From Candidatus Thorarchaeota archaeon (GTDB lineage Archaea; Asgardarchaeota; Thorarchaeia; Thorarchaeales; Thorarchaeaceae): a stretch of DNA of 25,580 nucleotides. The DNA lies in contig JAEOTX010000127.1 of assembly GCA_016839605.1 (NCBI GenBank), positions 1 through 25,580 on the forward strand, read 5' to 3'. Below are positions 8,745 through 17,231 of this stretch, in pieces (position 1 is the first letter of the stretch; every line of letters begins with the position of its first letter). A model generated the notes under the pieces. The model was not told the DNA's origin. It saw nothing but the letters and a program-made list of their open reading frames with translations, and did no database searches. The position numbers and the translations under genes were made by a program.

Positions 8745-10906
8745 TCGGTCACCTCCATCCACTTGCCGGCTGTCCCTTTATGCACTGGTGTCGGACCAAG
8801 CTCTTGAGCTCGTTTCACCATCTCACGAATCGCGCTTGTGAATCTGTCAGGTTCAGCACTGAACATCCGGAACATGTCAACTCGTTCGCCTTTCCAGCCA
8901 ATGGCATTCAGTATATCACGAGTGACATCTACTTGGACTTGGGCAATCTCATTGCCAGTTCCACCAATATGACATCGGTCCGTTTCACAGGCGGCAATCA
9001 TCACTGTGCTAGCCCCGTGCTCAAAGGCTTTCAGGATATCAATGATAGAAACTCTTCCTGCACAGGGAACTGGAATCAACCTAGAACTGGCAGGATATTC
9101 CATCTTTCGTGTACCAACAATGTCTATCGTTGAAACAGAACATTCCTCGCAATAGAAGCAAACAGTGATTGGATATTCAGAGTCAGCTTCGTTAAGAACT
9201 GCTTCTATTTCTGACCAGAGCTGGGAGTTTGATAGGAAGTTGAGCTGTGTCGCTCCGGAGGGGCATAGGCTTTGACAGACACCACAAGAATGGCAATTCA
9301 GAATGTCTATTGCTGCTTTGAAGAGGATCTTTTGTGCTTCGTCTTCTTCCTCTGCATCTGTCTGTTCTATCATTAGAGGAACACCGCGGGGACATTGCTG
9401 TGCACAAAGACTGCAACCTACACAGTCATCGACATCAAGGACTGCACCCCGCGCAACCTTCTCGATTTTACCTCCCTGAAGCTCGTTATGCAGGACAAGT
9501 GCTGCAGCTTGAGCATCTGTGACTGCTTCAAAGACAAATTGTGGTCGTGTGATTGCACCTACTGCAACTACACCACGTCTGCGTGTTTCAGTTCGTCTTA
9601 GCTTGCCATAGAGCTCTTTGATATGGCCATCTTCCTCAAGTGTATAACCAAGCGTTTCAGACAGCTCGGCTACACCATCTGACGGAAGAATTGCAGAAGA
9701 GAGAACTACAAGATCGGGGGTGCTTTCCAGATATTGGTTAAGAAGGGAGTCATAGATACGAACATGAGTTTCATCATCACTCTCCCAGACCATGCTGACT
9801 CTGCCACGTATGTAATCGACTCCCCGTTCTCGTGACTCCTTGTATATCATCTCATTCTCAAATGGCACACGAATATCCATGTATACAACCTGTACGTTTG
9901 TATCAGGATTTCTCTCAAGAATCTCTAATGAGTTATCAATTGCAAATGTGCAGCAGAGTTTGCTACAGTCACGTTTGTAGTCCTCTGACCTACTGCCAAC
10001 ACATTGAACCATTATTACCTCATTCACGGGTTTCCCGTCTGAAGGACGTACCATGTTGCCTTCTGTCAGCATGCGAGAGAGCTCGAGCTGTGTCACGACA
10101 TTCGGATTCTTCCCATATTGATACTCGTCCATCATGGTTGGTTTGAACTCTTGGAATCCTGTTGCTAGTACTACTGCTGAAGTCTGCAAAGTCTTCTCGT
10201 CTTCATCATCAGGAATGTTATAATGAAGTGTGAAACTGCCCAACTCGCCCTCAACAAACTTCACAGTTGTGTCTGTCATCACATCGATGTTCTTGTCGTT
10301 CTCAAGAGCGTTGAGTCGGCCACTGAAGACCTCTTTTCCAGACTTGCCAGTAGGAGCGACAACTGGCAATTGGACAACATGACCCCCAACACTCGATTCA
10401 CGCTCCACCAGGGTCACATGATAACCTAAGTTAGAAAGACTGAGCGCGGCTTCGACTCCAGCAATCCCACCCCCAATCACTGTCACATGCGCTGGGACTT
10501 CTTTCATTTCAGAAACAATGGATGTTGAATCAACGGAACGTGCTAATGCACCTCTGATCATGTCCAGTGATTTCTTGGATGCTTCTGAAGGATCGTTGTG
10601 GACCCATGCAGAATGCTCACGGATGTTAACATATGTGATTCTCGAGGGGTCTTTGCCTTGAGACTGCAGATATTGATCAATACGAGGTTGTATCTTCTGG
10701 CTTGTGCAGGCTGCGACCACAAGTCTGGCTTCATTCTCATCTATCAGCTTAGCTATGGCTTCAAGTCCGGAATCTTGGCAGCCAAGGTCGTGCAAAGTTA
10801 CTGAACCGGCTAAGTCCAGCTTCTTGACCTCTGCTTCCAAGAATTCGTAGTCTAACTTCAACTGTTTTCCACAAGTACAGAGGAGGACTGGCGATTTATT
10901 GCTCAC
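8741..10906 (-). CDS. hdrA: HdrA-family flavoprotein fused to a C-terminal ferredoxin and MvhD (QmoB-like architecture)
   Basis: HdrA N-terminal domain (CTCG, VVAACTS, VNIREH), FAD motif VIGGGIAG, QCVGSR...CSKLCC, two CxxCxxCxxxCP motifs, then an MvhD domain (CFYCEEC, VPCAGRV, AACETDRCH, ELGPTP). Confidence 0.88.
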   Translation of the reverse strand: MSNKSPVLLCTCGKQLKLDYEFLEAEVKKLDLAGSVTLHDLGCQDSGLEAIAKLIDENEARLVVAACTSQKIQPRIDQYLQSQGKDPSRITYVNIREHSAWVHNDPSEASKKSLDMIRGALARSVDSTSIVSEMKEVPAHVTVIGGGIAGVEAALSLSNLGYHVTLVERESSVGGHVVQLPVVAPTGKSGKEVFSGRLNALENDKNIDVMTDTTVKFVEGELGSFTLHYNIPDDEDEKTLQTSAVVLATGFQEFKPTMMDEYQYGKNPNVVTQLELSRMLTEGNMVRPSDGKPVNEVIMVQCVGSRSEDYKRDCSKLCCTFAIDNSLEILERNPDTNVQVVYMDIRVPFENEMIYKESRERGVDYIRGRVSMVWESDDETHVRIYDSLLNQYLESTPDLVVLSSAILPSDGVAELSETLGYTLEEDGHIKELYGKLRRTETRRRGVVAVGAITRPQFVFEAVTDAQAAALVLHNELQGGKIEKVARGAVLDVDDCVGCSLCAQQCPRGVPLMIEQTDAEEEDEAQKILFKAAIDILNCHSCGVCQSLCPSGATQLNFLSNSQLWSEIEAVLNEADSEYPITVCFYCEECSVSTIDIVGTRKMEYPASSRLIPVPCAGRVSIIDILKAFEHGASTVMIAACETDRCHIGGTGNEIAQVQVDVTRDILNAIGWKGERVDMFRMFSAEPDRFTSAIREMVKRAQELGPTPVHKGTAGKWMEVTE

Positions 10907-10912
10907 AATTCA

Positions 10913-12163
10913 TCACTTCCTTCCCTGGAGTATCTTGCTCACGACAGCCCTTGCTTGATTGACACTTTCAGGAACTTCTGCAGGACCCAATGCCCCACCG
11001 CAGGCATAGACGTGTTCTCCTGCCACTACTTCATTCTCAGAGATCGGGTCGGCAGGTCCAACATACCCGCTTGCTGAATTGAGGCCCAGTGAGCTGAGAA
11101 GCTCATCAGCGGCTTCTGGAGGTTCAAGTGCCGATGAAAGCACGAGAAGGTCCACTGTAAATTTGAGATATCTATTTAGTAGCGAGTCGTAGACATGAAC
11201 GTCCAATGTACCATCCTTTTGACTTTCCACTCGACTTACTCTACCCCGGACGAACTCCACTCCAGCATCACGTGTTTCGCGGTAATACCTCTCATGCTGG
11301 TCGTAGGTCCGAATATCCATGTAGACGACACTAACTCTCGAATCGTTACGTTCACTGGAGATGATGTTGGCATGTTTCAGAGCAAAGACACAACAAATCT
11401 TGGAACAGAATGGGTAGTAATTTTCGTCCCTGCTACCTACACACTGAATCATCATCACATTCTTGACTTGAGCCCCATCTGAAGGACGTACCAACGCTCC
11501 AGCGGATTCTCCATTAGGATCGAGCATCTGTGCAAGCTCAAGCTGTGTAATGACATTGGGTAGCTTCCCATAGCCATACTCATCCACCACTGAAGGCTTC
11601 ATCTCGTGATAACCAGTTGCAATGACAATATCTGAAACTGTGACTGTTTCTTCAGTTTGAATGGCACTCAGATTGATTGCTTGTGTTGGACACTCATCCT
11701 CCGCCTTTTTCGCACCATCGTCCGTTTTCTCAGGATCATAGCTCACAGCCTGCGGTTGACACTGGGGTGATGCCAAAAGAAATGCCTCTGAAACATTAGT
11801 GCAAAGACCACATAGAGTACATCTTTTGGGGTCCACATACTGAGGACCGAGGTCAAGAATAACTGAAAACTTGCCGGGCGTCCCAGAGATTCCTTTCACC
11901 CTTGTATCGGTCTTGAGGTCTATATTGGGCTGGTCAACCATTGCACTCCGGTAGAAACACTTTCGGATGCCCGGACGCCATCGATTACCCTCGAAACAAT
12001 AGAAACAGTCGTCTGTGGGAAATGCTTTGTATAATTCAAGCGCATTACCACCAATGGTTGACTTTCTGTCGATTAGGATGGTCTTGACACCGTTGTCTGC
12101 CAGCTCCACTGCTGCTGTCATTCCTGCCACACCGGCACCTATGACTAGAACTGGATCAGTCAA
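10913..12163 (-). CDS. hdrA: Short HdrA-family flavoprotein lacking the N-terminal domain (QmoA-like architecture)
   Basis: VLVIGAGVAG, KAFPTDDCFYC, partial inserted ferredoxin (CTLCGLC...CP), RPSDG, QCVGSRD...CSKICC, YMDIRT. Probable TTG start at 12163 after the RBS GAGGTGA (~416 aa). Confidence 0.88.
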   Translation of the reverse strand: MTDPVLVIGAGVAGMTAAVELADNGVKTILIDRKSTIGGNALELYKAFPTDDCFYCFEGNRWRPGIRKCFYRSAMVDQPNIDLKTDTRVKGISGTPGKFSVILDLGPQYVDPKRCTLCGLCTNVSEAFLLASPQCQPQAVSYDPEKTDDGAKKAEDECPTQAINLSAIQTEETVTVSDIVIATGYHEMKPSVVDEYGYGKLPNVITQLELAQMLDPNGESAGALVRPSDGAQVKNVMMIQCVGSRDENYYPFCSKICCVFALKHANIISSERNDSRVSVVYMDIRTYDQHERYYRETRDAGVEFVRGRVSRVESQKDGTLDVHVYDSLLNRYLKFTVDLLVLSSALEPPEAADELLSSLGLNSASGYVGPADPISENEVVAGEHVYACGGALGPAEVPESVNQARAVVSKILQGRK

Positions 12164-12176
12164 TGCTATGGTCACC

Positions 12177-13043
12177 TCAGCCGGACAGATGATCAAGGAT
12201 AGGGTCAGCAGGGACACGGTTCATGCTGAGACCTATCTCTTCCTCATTCATACCCATTGCCAAAGCCAAGATTTGCGGATACAAAAGAACTGGGAGATCA
12301 TAGACTTCTCCGTATGAGTCCTTCAAGCCCAGCTGCTGCAGATCAAGTTGGTTCCCACATGCAGGGCATACCACAGTGATGAAGACCGCACCGGCATCTT
12401 TCATTGATTTAAGTTTGTCTCGAGCAAGTCTGATGGCTAACTGCTCATTCACCGGTAGAACTGTGGCACCACAGCACTGCTTCCACAGGGGATAATCAAT
12501 TACCGTCGCACCCGTAGCATCAACCATCTCTTGTAGAATCTCAGGTCTGAATTCCGTCACGTCTAATGGACGCAAGAGATGACACCCATAATGAATAGCA
12601 ATTCCCACGCCGTCCAAAGGCTTTGTGACTCTCTTTTTGATTTCCTCGATTCCAATATCTGTGTACATTGCCTCGATAATGTGTCGAACATTGATGGAAC
12701 CCTTGAACTCTAGTCCCATCTTCTTTAGTTCGACGTTGATCTTCTTCAAATCGTCCTTGTGATGTGTGAGGTGATGGAGTACGTCTTTCAAAGATCCAAA
12801 ACAACCATTGCAAGGGGTCACAATATCATGACCGCTCTTCTCTGCGATTGCAATTGTGCGTGCATTGACTAAGAGCCAGCCAAAGGTGTCAATTGACCGA
12901 AGATTGGGGCTGCCACAGCATGCAACATCCTCAAGGTAATTGAGATTCATACCTAGAGCTTCAGCCACTTTGAACATTGCAGCCTCGTAATTGGGGTAAT
13001 TGGCTGGAACACTGCAGCCCATGTACAAGCTATAGACTGGCAT
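12177..13043 (-). CDS. hdrB: Heterodisulfide reductase subunit B
   Basis: Two CCG domains: YMGC...CCGS...TPCNGC and HYGCHLLRP...CCGA...CPAC. Start is ATG 13043 or 13055. Confidence 0.93.
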   Translation of the reverse strand: MPVYSLYMGCSVPANYPNYEAAMFKVAEALGMNLNYLEDVACCGSPNLRSIDTFGWLLVNARTIAIAEKSGHDIVTPCNGCFGSLKDVLHHLTHHKDDLKKINVELKKMGLEFKGSINVRHIIEAMYTDIGIEEIKKRVTKPLDGVGIAIHYGCHLLRPLDVTEFRPEILQEMVDATGATVIDYPLWKQCCGATVLPVNEQLAIRLARDKLKSMKDAGAVFITVVCPACGNQLDLQQLGLKDSYGEVYDLPVLLYPQILALAMGMNEEEIGLSMNRVPADPILDHLSG

Positions 13044-13044
13044 C

Positions 13045-13587
13045 TTATTCTCCATCCTCCACAAGTTTGCCTGTCCGAGTGCTTTTCAGAATCGACTGTA
13101 TGCCCTCTATAGATAGACCGGGCACTTCTGGCTCCAGGTCTAGATCCTCACGCTCCCAATCATTGATGACTTCATAGAGTTGTCCCTTGTCAACCAGTGT
13201 CTTTCCTAAGGCAAGAACGTTCTCAGGTACATGTCCCTCTTCAGCAGCTAAGTTTTTGCAGTCGAAGAATATGTCAGTAACGCGCACCTTCTGAGGACAA
13301 CGCTCTTGGCACTGGAAACATGTCAGACACTCCCAAATCTCCTTGCTGGAAAGAACTTCATCCCGCATACCAAGGAGAATCATACGAATCAGTTGGTGCG
13401 GCATGTAGTCCCATTGATTGGCAATGGGACATGCAGCAGTGCAAGTCGAACATGCAAAGCAAGCTGAAAGCTCCTCGCCGTTTGGCATACTGCTAATATC
13501 ATTGCGAAACTTAGGGTCCAGCTTAGTCATGTCAATAGGGTCAATCAGGGTAACTGGAGGACCAGTCTTTTCTTCAGTTTCTGTCAT
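13045..13587 (-). CDS. hdrC: Heterodisulfide reductase subunit C
   Basis: CFACSTCTAACP and IWECLTCFQCQERCPQKV; directly upstream of hdrB. Confidence 0.93.
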   Translation of the reverse strand: MTETEEKTGPPVTLIDPIDMTKLDPKFRNDISSMPNGEELSACFACSTCTAACPIANQWDYMPHQLIRMILLGMRDEVLSSKEIWECLTCFQCQERCPQKVRVTDIFFDCKNLAAEEGHVPENVLALGKTLVDKGQLYEVINDWEREDLDLEPEVPGLSIEGIQSILKSTRTGKLVEDGE

Positions 13588-13650
13588 GAGGGATACACCT
13601 CTAGGAAATGACCGATGCAGTGACTGAATGCGACAGCGGAATTAGGGACC

Positions 13651-13667
13651 TATATTAAAGGTTTGCA
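13651..13667 (-). promoter_or_regulatory. BRE/TATA promoter of the hdrCB-hdrA operon
   Basis: Minus strand reads GCAAAC-CTTTAATATA, about 65 nt upstream of the hdrC ATG. The RBS GAGGTG precedes the ATG. Confidence 0.55.
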
Positions 13668-13722
13668 GAAGGAACACGTTCGTGGGCGAATCAGAGGACA
13701 GGGTCTTGTAGAAAAAGATAGA

Positions 13723-13914
13723 TTATGTTTCAGGTAGACCTTTCTTATAGATAAGAAAAAGAAGCCCAAACGTGCCAAGAAGGACTACTGCTTCATACAT
13801 TATGATGTTCAAAAGATCTTGATCGAACAGAGGGTAGGACAGTGCTCCTACAAGAGCAAAGATGCAGCATGTAATGGCCACGAGATAGAGTATCCATTGT
13901 GATTGCAGACGCAT
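13723..13914 (-). CDS. Small two-helix membrane protein, unknown function
   Basis: 63 aa with two hydrophobic stretches and a basic C-terminus; fills the gap co-directionally with its neighbours. Confidence 0.6.
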   Translation of the reverse strand: MRLQSQWILYLVAITCCIFALVGALSYPLFDQDLLNIIMYEAVVLLGTFGLLFLIYKKGLPET

Positions 13915-13961
13915 GTCATCACTGATATGTGCGTCACTCTTAGGATTTTCTGTTACGAAGC

Positions 13962-14243
13962 TCAGGGCATGCTGAAGAGAATCTGTTCAATTTGTGCATG
14001 GAGGGATTCCCAGTGACTGATTGTTTCCATGCTTAGCTCAGTGACAAGTTTCAACACGTAGCCCTTTAGGTCATCGGGACTGCCTTGCAGTCTTTCGAGC
14101 ATTGAGTTATTGTCATCAAGAAGACGGAGTGCTCCAGAAATAGCAATCTGAAACTTCTCATGTCCTTTTTCAATTGATTCTCTAGATGATTCAATTTGCA
14201 GCAGTACTTCTCGTAATTGATTTGCTAGTGAATCATTCTCCAC
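13962..14243 (-). CDS. Small all-helical hypothetical protein coupled to gins15
   Basis: 93 aa with amphipathic helices. GTG start overlaps the gins15 TAG by one base, after the RBS GGAGGAGG. Confidence 0.7.
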   Translation of the reverse strand: MENDSLANQLREVLLQIESSRESIEKGHEKFQIAISGALRLLDDNNSMLERLQGSPDDLKGYVLKLVTELSMETISHWESLHAQIEQILFSMP

Positions 14244-14854
14244 TAGTCACTGCCTCCTCCATCAGTCGAGACTCTCACCACTGTACCATCAGTAAGCCAG
14301 ACCTTCGCATTAGCTGCGGGGATTGTTATCAGGTCCTCCTTCTTGAATGGGCCATATGTACGCTCATCAATTCCAATAATAGAATCATCTATCGAACGTA
14401 GGAATCTCACAATGACGTAATCCACCACATCGTCCTGAGAGGGCGCCTCGCTGTCTTCAGTAGGTTGAGTCAATGTTGAGGAAGGTATTCCTGTGAGAGT
14501 TTCTCTGATGAAGTTTGAATGCCCCTCAAAACCGCGGAGAAGTCTGTTGTAGAGTTCTTCTTCGGATAGAACCATGGCACCTAGAGGGCGTCTTTGTGCC
14601 ATTGCGGCTCGGATAATCTTTTTTCTACGTAACATCAAGAGATCCTTGAGCATGAACTCTAGATTTAGGGCCTCTTGTGTATACATGTCTGCTTGAAGCT
14701 GGTTCTCAGCAGGAGTTTCTGTTAAGGCGTATCGAATCTTGGACAGGTATTCTGTCATCTTACTGAGACGCAAGTCTTCAAGATTCTGAAGCTCTTCATT
14801 CGCCTTTTCAGTAGCCCAAGCAGCACTAATGTCCTTGTATAGCGTATTACTCAA
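14243..14854 (-). CDS. gins15: GINS complex subunit Gins15/Gins51
   Basis: LYKDISAAWATEK...ELQNL, LRRKKII, LSEEELY and B-domain IVRFLR...IIGIDERTYGPFKKEDLITIPAANA. Located downstream of priS; probable TTG start at 14854. Confidence 0.9.
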   Translation of the reverse strand: MSNTLYKDISAAWATEKANEELQNLEDLRLSKMTEYLSKIRYALTETPAENQLQADMYTQEALNLEFMLKDLLMLRRKKIIRAAMAQRRPLGAMVLSEEELYNRLLRGFEGHSNFIRETLTGIPSSTLTQPTEDSEAPSQDDVVDYVIVRFLRSIDDSIIGIDERTYGPFKKEDLITIPAANAKVWLTDGTVVRVSTDGGGSD

Positions 14855-16265
14855 TCGTCGCCACTCCCTTACACAACATGAATACTGCCACTTCCATTGG
14901 TAACTCCACGCTTTCCTTATGAAATGGACCATAAGTGTCATCGCCAATTCGGATTTCCGGGACGGGGAGTACACTCTCGAATCGTAGCTTCAGATTGCCA
15001 TTTCTCACTGCAAGTGCGTCGCTGAACGGGTCAAATTGATCAATCTCATCACGAGTCAGAAGCTTTACTGAAAACCCAGTCTTTCCATTAAGACTGCCAA
15101 TAAGACGAATTACCCGTCCTATGTCATGGGTCACTGGAAGATCGATTTCTCCACCAAATGACTCTACTGCCTTGATTGCAATCTCCTGCCAGAACTTATC
15201 CCCCACGCCTTTCACCTTGGGGCTCAAAATAGGCGGCTCTCTCAAGAGACCCTTGATTGCAGATTCTTTGTGTGCCTTGAGCAGACGAACCCATCGCTCC
15301 GTTCCATTGTAAGATTCAATATTTTGGATAAACTTGATTATGGCCTCTGCTACCCGATTACCCCAGCCAGGCACATCAAGCTGTGGATTGCTCCTTGTAG
15401 GTAGAGGTACATTCTTGGAAACTACGATCACTCTGTGTCTGTCCATTGGAGAAGTCTCTTTTGCTGGGGTAATTCTGAACCCCATTCCAGTGATATAATG
15501 TGCAATTTCTGTACGACCATCTGAATCAAGGTGGAAGACTCGGGGGTCACGGACTCTCATATGGTATCCTCTGTGACCGCTGAAATTCAGCTGGATATGT
15601 TCAGAATCAATTCCAAAGTCTTGGACCAAGAACCCATCAAGGACCTTTATCGTTTCTTTCTTGGCATCCTCTAAACACTTGTCACATAGCCATTTGCGAC
15701 TAATGAAACTCTGCCCTCCACACTTTGGACAGCCTGTATTAGGAGCAGGGCCCGTGCCCGCTTCAAGACAGCTTGAGTCATTGCATCTCCAAGAGTCATG
15801 TTCCTTGGTGCAAGGGGAATTGAGATGATCTGCATCGATATCAAAGATAAGCTCAGCACCCTGCCATCCCTTATCTCGAGCAACCGGGATGTTGTAGAAG
15901 GCTGCAGAGTGATAGACACTATGAGGAGCTACTTCCACTAACTCTTTGAGCAATGCTTTCTGTGTGCGAAATCCTATGTGACGTATCCAATTGGTCACTG
16001 ATATGTCAGTAGAGCCGCAGAATGGACAAGAGGGATATCTATTGAATGCGATACCTGAACGGTCGCAGCCATAGGCCACTTCATTTCCCGAATCATCCGT
16101 CTTAGTTCCTGATGGACAGCTCCAAGCATATTCCCAATCCTCAAAGGCGAACTCGCGAGTGTGGATCTTGTTTGGTTCATCCACATTGGCATGATTTGAC
16201 TGATAGTAGTTTTGAAATGTCAGGCGTAGGAATTTGCTTCTTGTTTCCCAAGTACGATCTGACAT
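14847..16265 (-). CDS. priS: DNA primase small (catalytic) subunit with two zinc-ribbon insertions
   Basis: REFAF, catalytic ELIFDIDAD, FSGHRGYH, IDLPVTHDIGRVIRLIGSLNGKTG; C-terminal GINS-B-like domain (TYGPF). Confidence 0.95.
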   Translation of the reverse strand: MSDRTWETRSKFLRLTFQNYYQSNHANVDEPNKIHTREFAFEDWEYAWSCPSGTKTDDSGNEVAYGCDRSGIAFNRYPSCPFCGSTDISVTNWIRHIGFRTQKALLKELVEVAPHSVYHSAAFYNIPVARDKGWQGAELIFDIDADHLNSPCTKEHDSWRCNDSSCLEAGTGPAPNTGCPKCGGQSFISRKWLCDKCLEDAKKETIKVLDGFLVQDFGIDSEHIQLNFSGHRGYHMRVRDPRVFHLDSDGRTEIAHYITGMGFRITPAKETSPMDRHRVIVVSKNVPLPTRSNPQLDVPGWGNRVAEAIIKFIQNIESYNGTERWVRLLKAHKESAIKGLLREPPILSPKVKGVGDKFWQEIAIKAVESFGGEIDLPVTHDIGRVIRLIGSLNGKTGFSVKLLTRDEIDQFDPFSDALAVRNGNLKLRFESVLPVPEIRIGDDTYGPFHKESVELPMEVAVFMLCKGVATIE

Positions 16266-16290
16266 GCTTACAACCTCGTCATCGGCGACC

Positions 16291-16347
16291 TGGAATTGAA
16301 ATCTGTCTTCATTGATAGTTTGTTATGATTGAAGACATGATTCTCCA
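16291..16347. repeat. Imperfect inverted repeat between pcn and priS
   Basis: TGTCTTCA (16304-16311) and TGAAGACA (16330-16337), extended on the mRNA strand by GAAUC/GAUUU and UGGA/UCCA arms. Confidence 0.65.
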
Positions 16348-17115
16348 TCAAGTCGATCTCCGATCCCGCTCCACACGAGGTGCCAGAATGAAACTGATAC
16401 TGCCTATCTCTGCTATTGGAAACTCCAGTAACATGGGTTTGTTTTCACTAAACTGGAGCGTGAGACTATCTGTTGACATTGCTTTTGCGATTTCGGAAAG
16501 ATAGTTCAGTGCATACATAGCCGTGGGTTTGGCACTCACTTCGAGATGGAAAATCACTGATTCATCTCCGGCTGCCTTCATCGAGACCTCCGCCTCTCCA
16601 GTATCACCTTCACCTGTGAATGTCAGTGTCTTCCCACTGGCGGCTATCCGTAGATGACTAGACACTACTCCAATGTCTTTCACAGCCTGTTTGAACGCAT
16701 CAGCAAACATCTCAGCCTTTGCGTCAAACTCCAATGATGGTTTCTTGGTACGTTCATCCGGAGCAGTCAGGAGTTGAAGTTTGAACTGCCTCTGTGCTTG
16801 GCCAATCATCTTTATCTCAAATCGGTTATCGTCCTCGTCCAACCTGAACTCGAGTCGATCATCACCAGCCATTCGCTTGCTGATTTTATTGAGCTCGTCA
16901 ACTCCAAGGCATATATCGTAATTGCCATCGCAGTCATACTCTTGGAATATCTTGGCAGGCAGCACTAAATCTACCATTGCAGCTTTGGACGAGTCCAGCT
17001 GTCGTAAGATTATGCCACTTTTTGATACGATGAAGTGCACCTCTGTCAAGAGTGTTGCCAAGGCATCTACAATTTGCTTCCACGTACTAGTACTATCAAG
17101 AGTTGCATGAAACAT
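16348..17115 (-). CDS. pcn: DNA polymerase sliding clamp PCNA
   Basis: 255 aa; LDSSKAAMVDLVLP...FQEY, AMYALNYL, KPMLLEF...FILAPRVE. Confidence 0.96.
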   Translation of the reverse strand: MFHATLDSTSTWKQIVDALATLLTEVHFIVSKSGIILRQLDSSKAAMVDLVLPAKIFQEYDCDGNYDICLGVDELNKISKRMAGDDRLEFRLDEDDNRFEIKMIGQAQRQFKLQLLTAPDERTKKPSLEFDAKAEMFADAFKQAVKDIGVVSSHLRIAASGKTLTFTGEGDTGEAEVSMKAAGDESVIFHLEVSAKPTAMYALNYLSEIAKAMSTDSLTLQFSENKPMLLEFPIAEIGSISFILAPRVERDRRST

Positions 17116-17231
17116 CTCGACGCGCCTCCAGTTCTCTGGGACATATTGTCATTCGTGTTACCCATTAAAATCTACTCGTCTACCTGTGAACTTCACTCAT
17201 CAGCGGTTGAAGAGGTACAGAGCCTTTCCAT

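Noticed and set aside
10907-10915. The two HdrA ORFs as one frameshifted or split gene
   Set aside because: Each has its own complete FAD domain, CSKxCC motif and start signal, so they are paralogues rather than fragments.
8741-13587. Selenocysteine recoding in HdrA/MvhD, which are known archaeal selenoprotein families
   Set aside because: All ORFs are uninterrupted, the relevant positions are Cys codons, and I saw no convincing SECIS.
14300-14950. TYGPF motif shared by the PriS C-terminus and Gins15
   Set aside because: Real, but this is the already known homology between the PriS C-terminal domain and the GINS B-domain.
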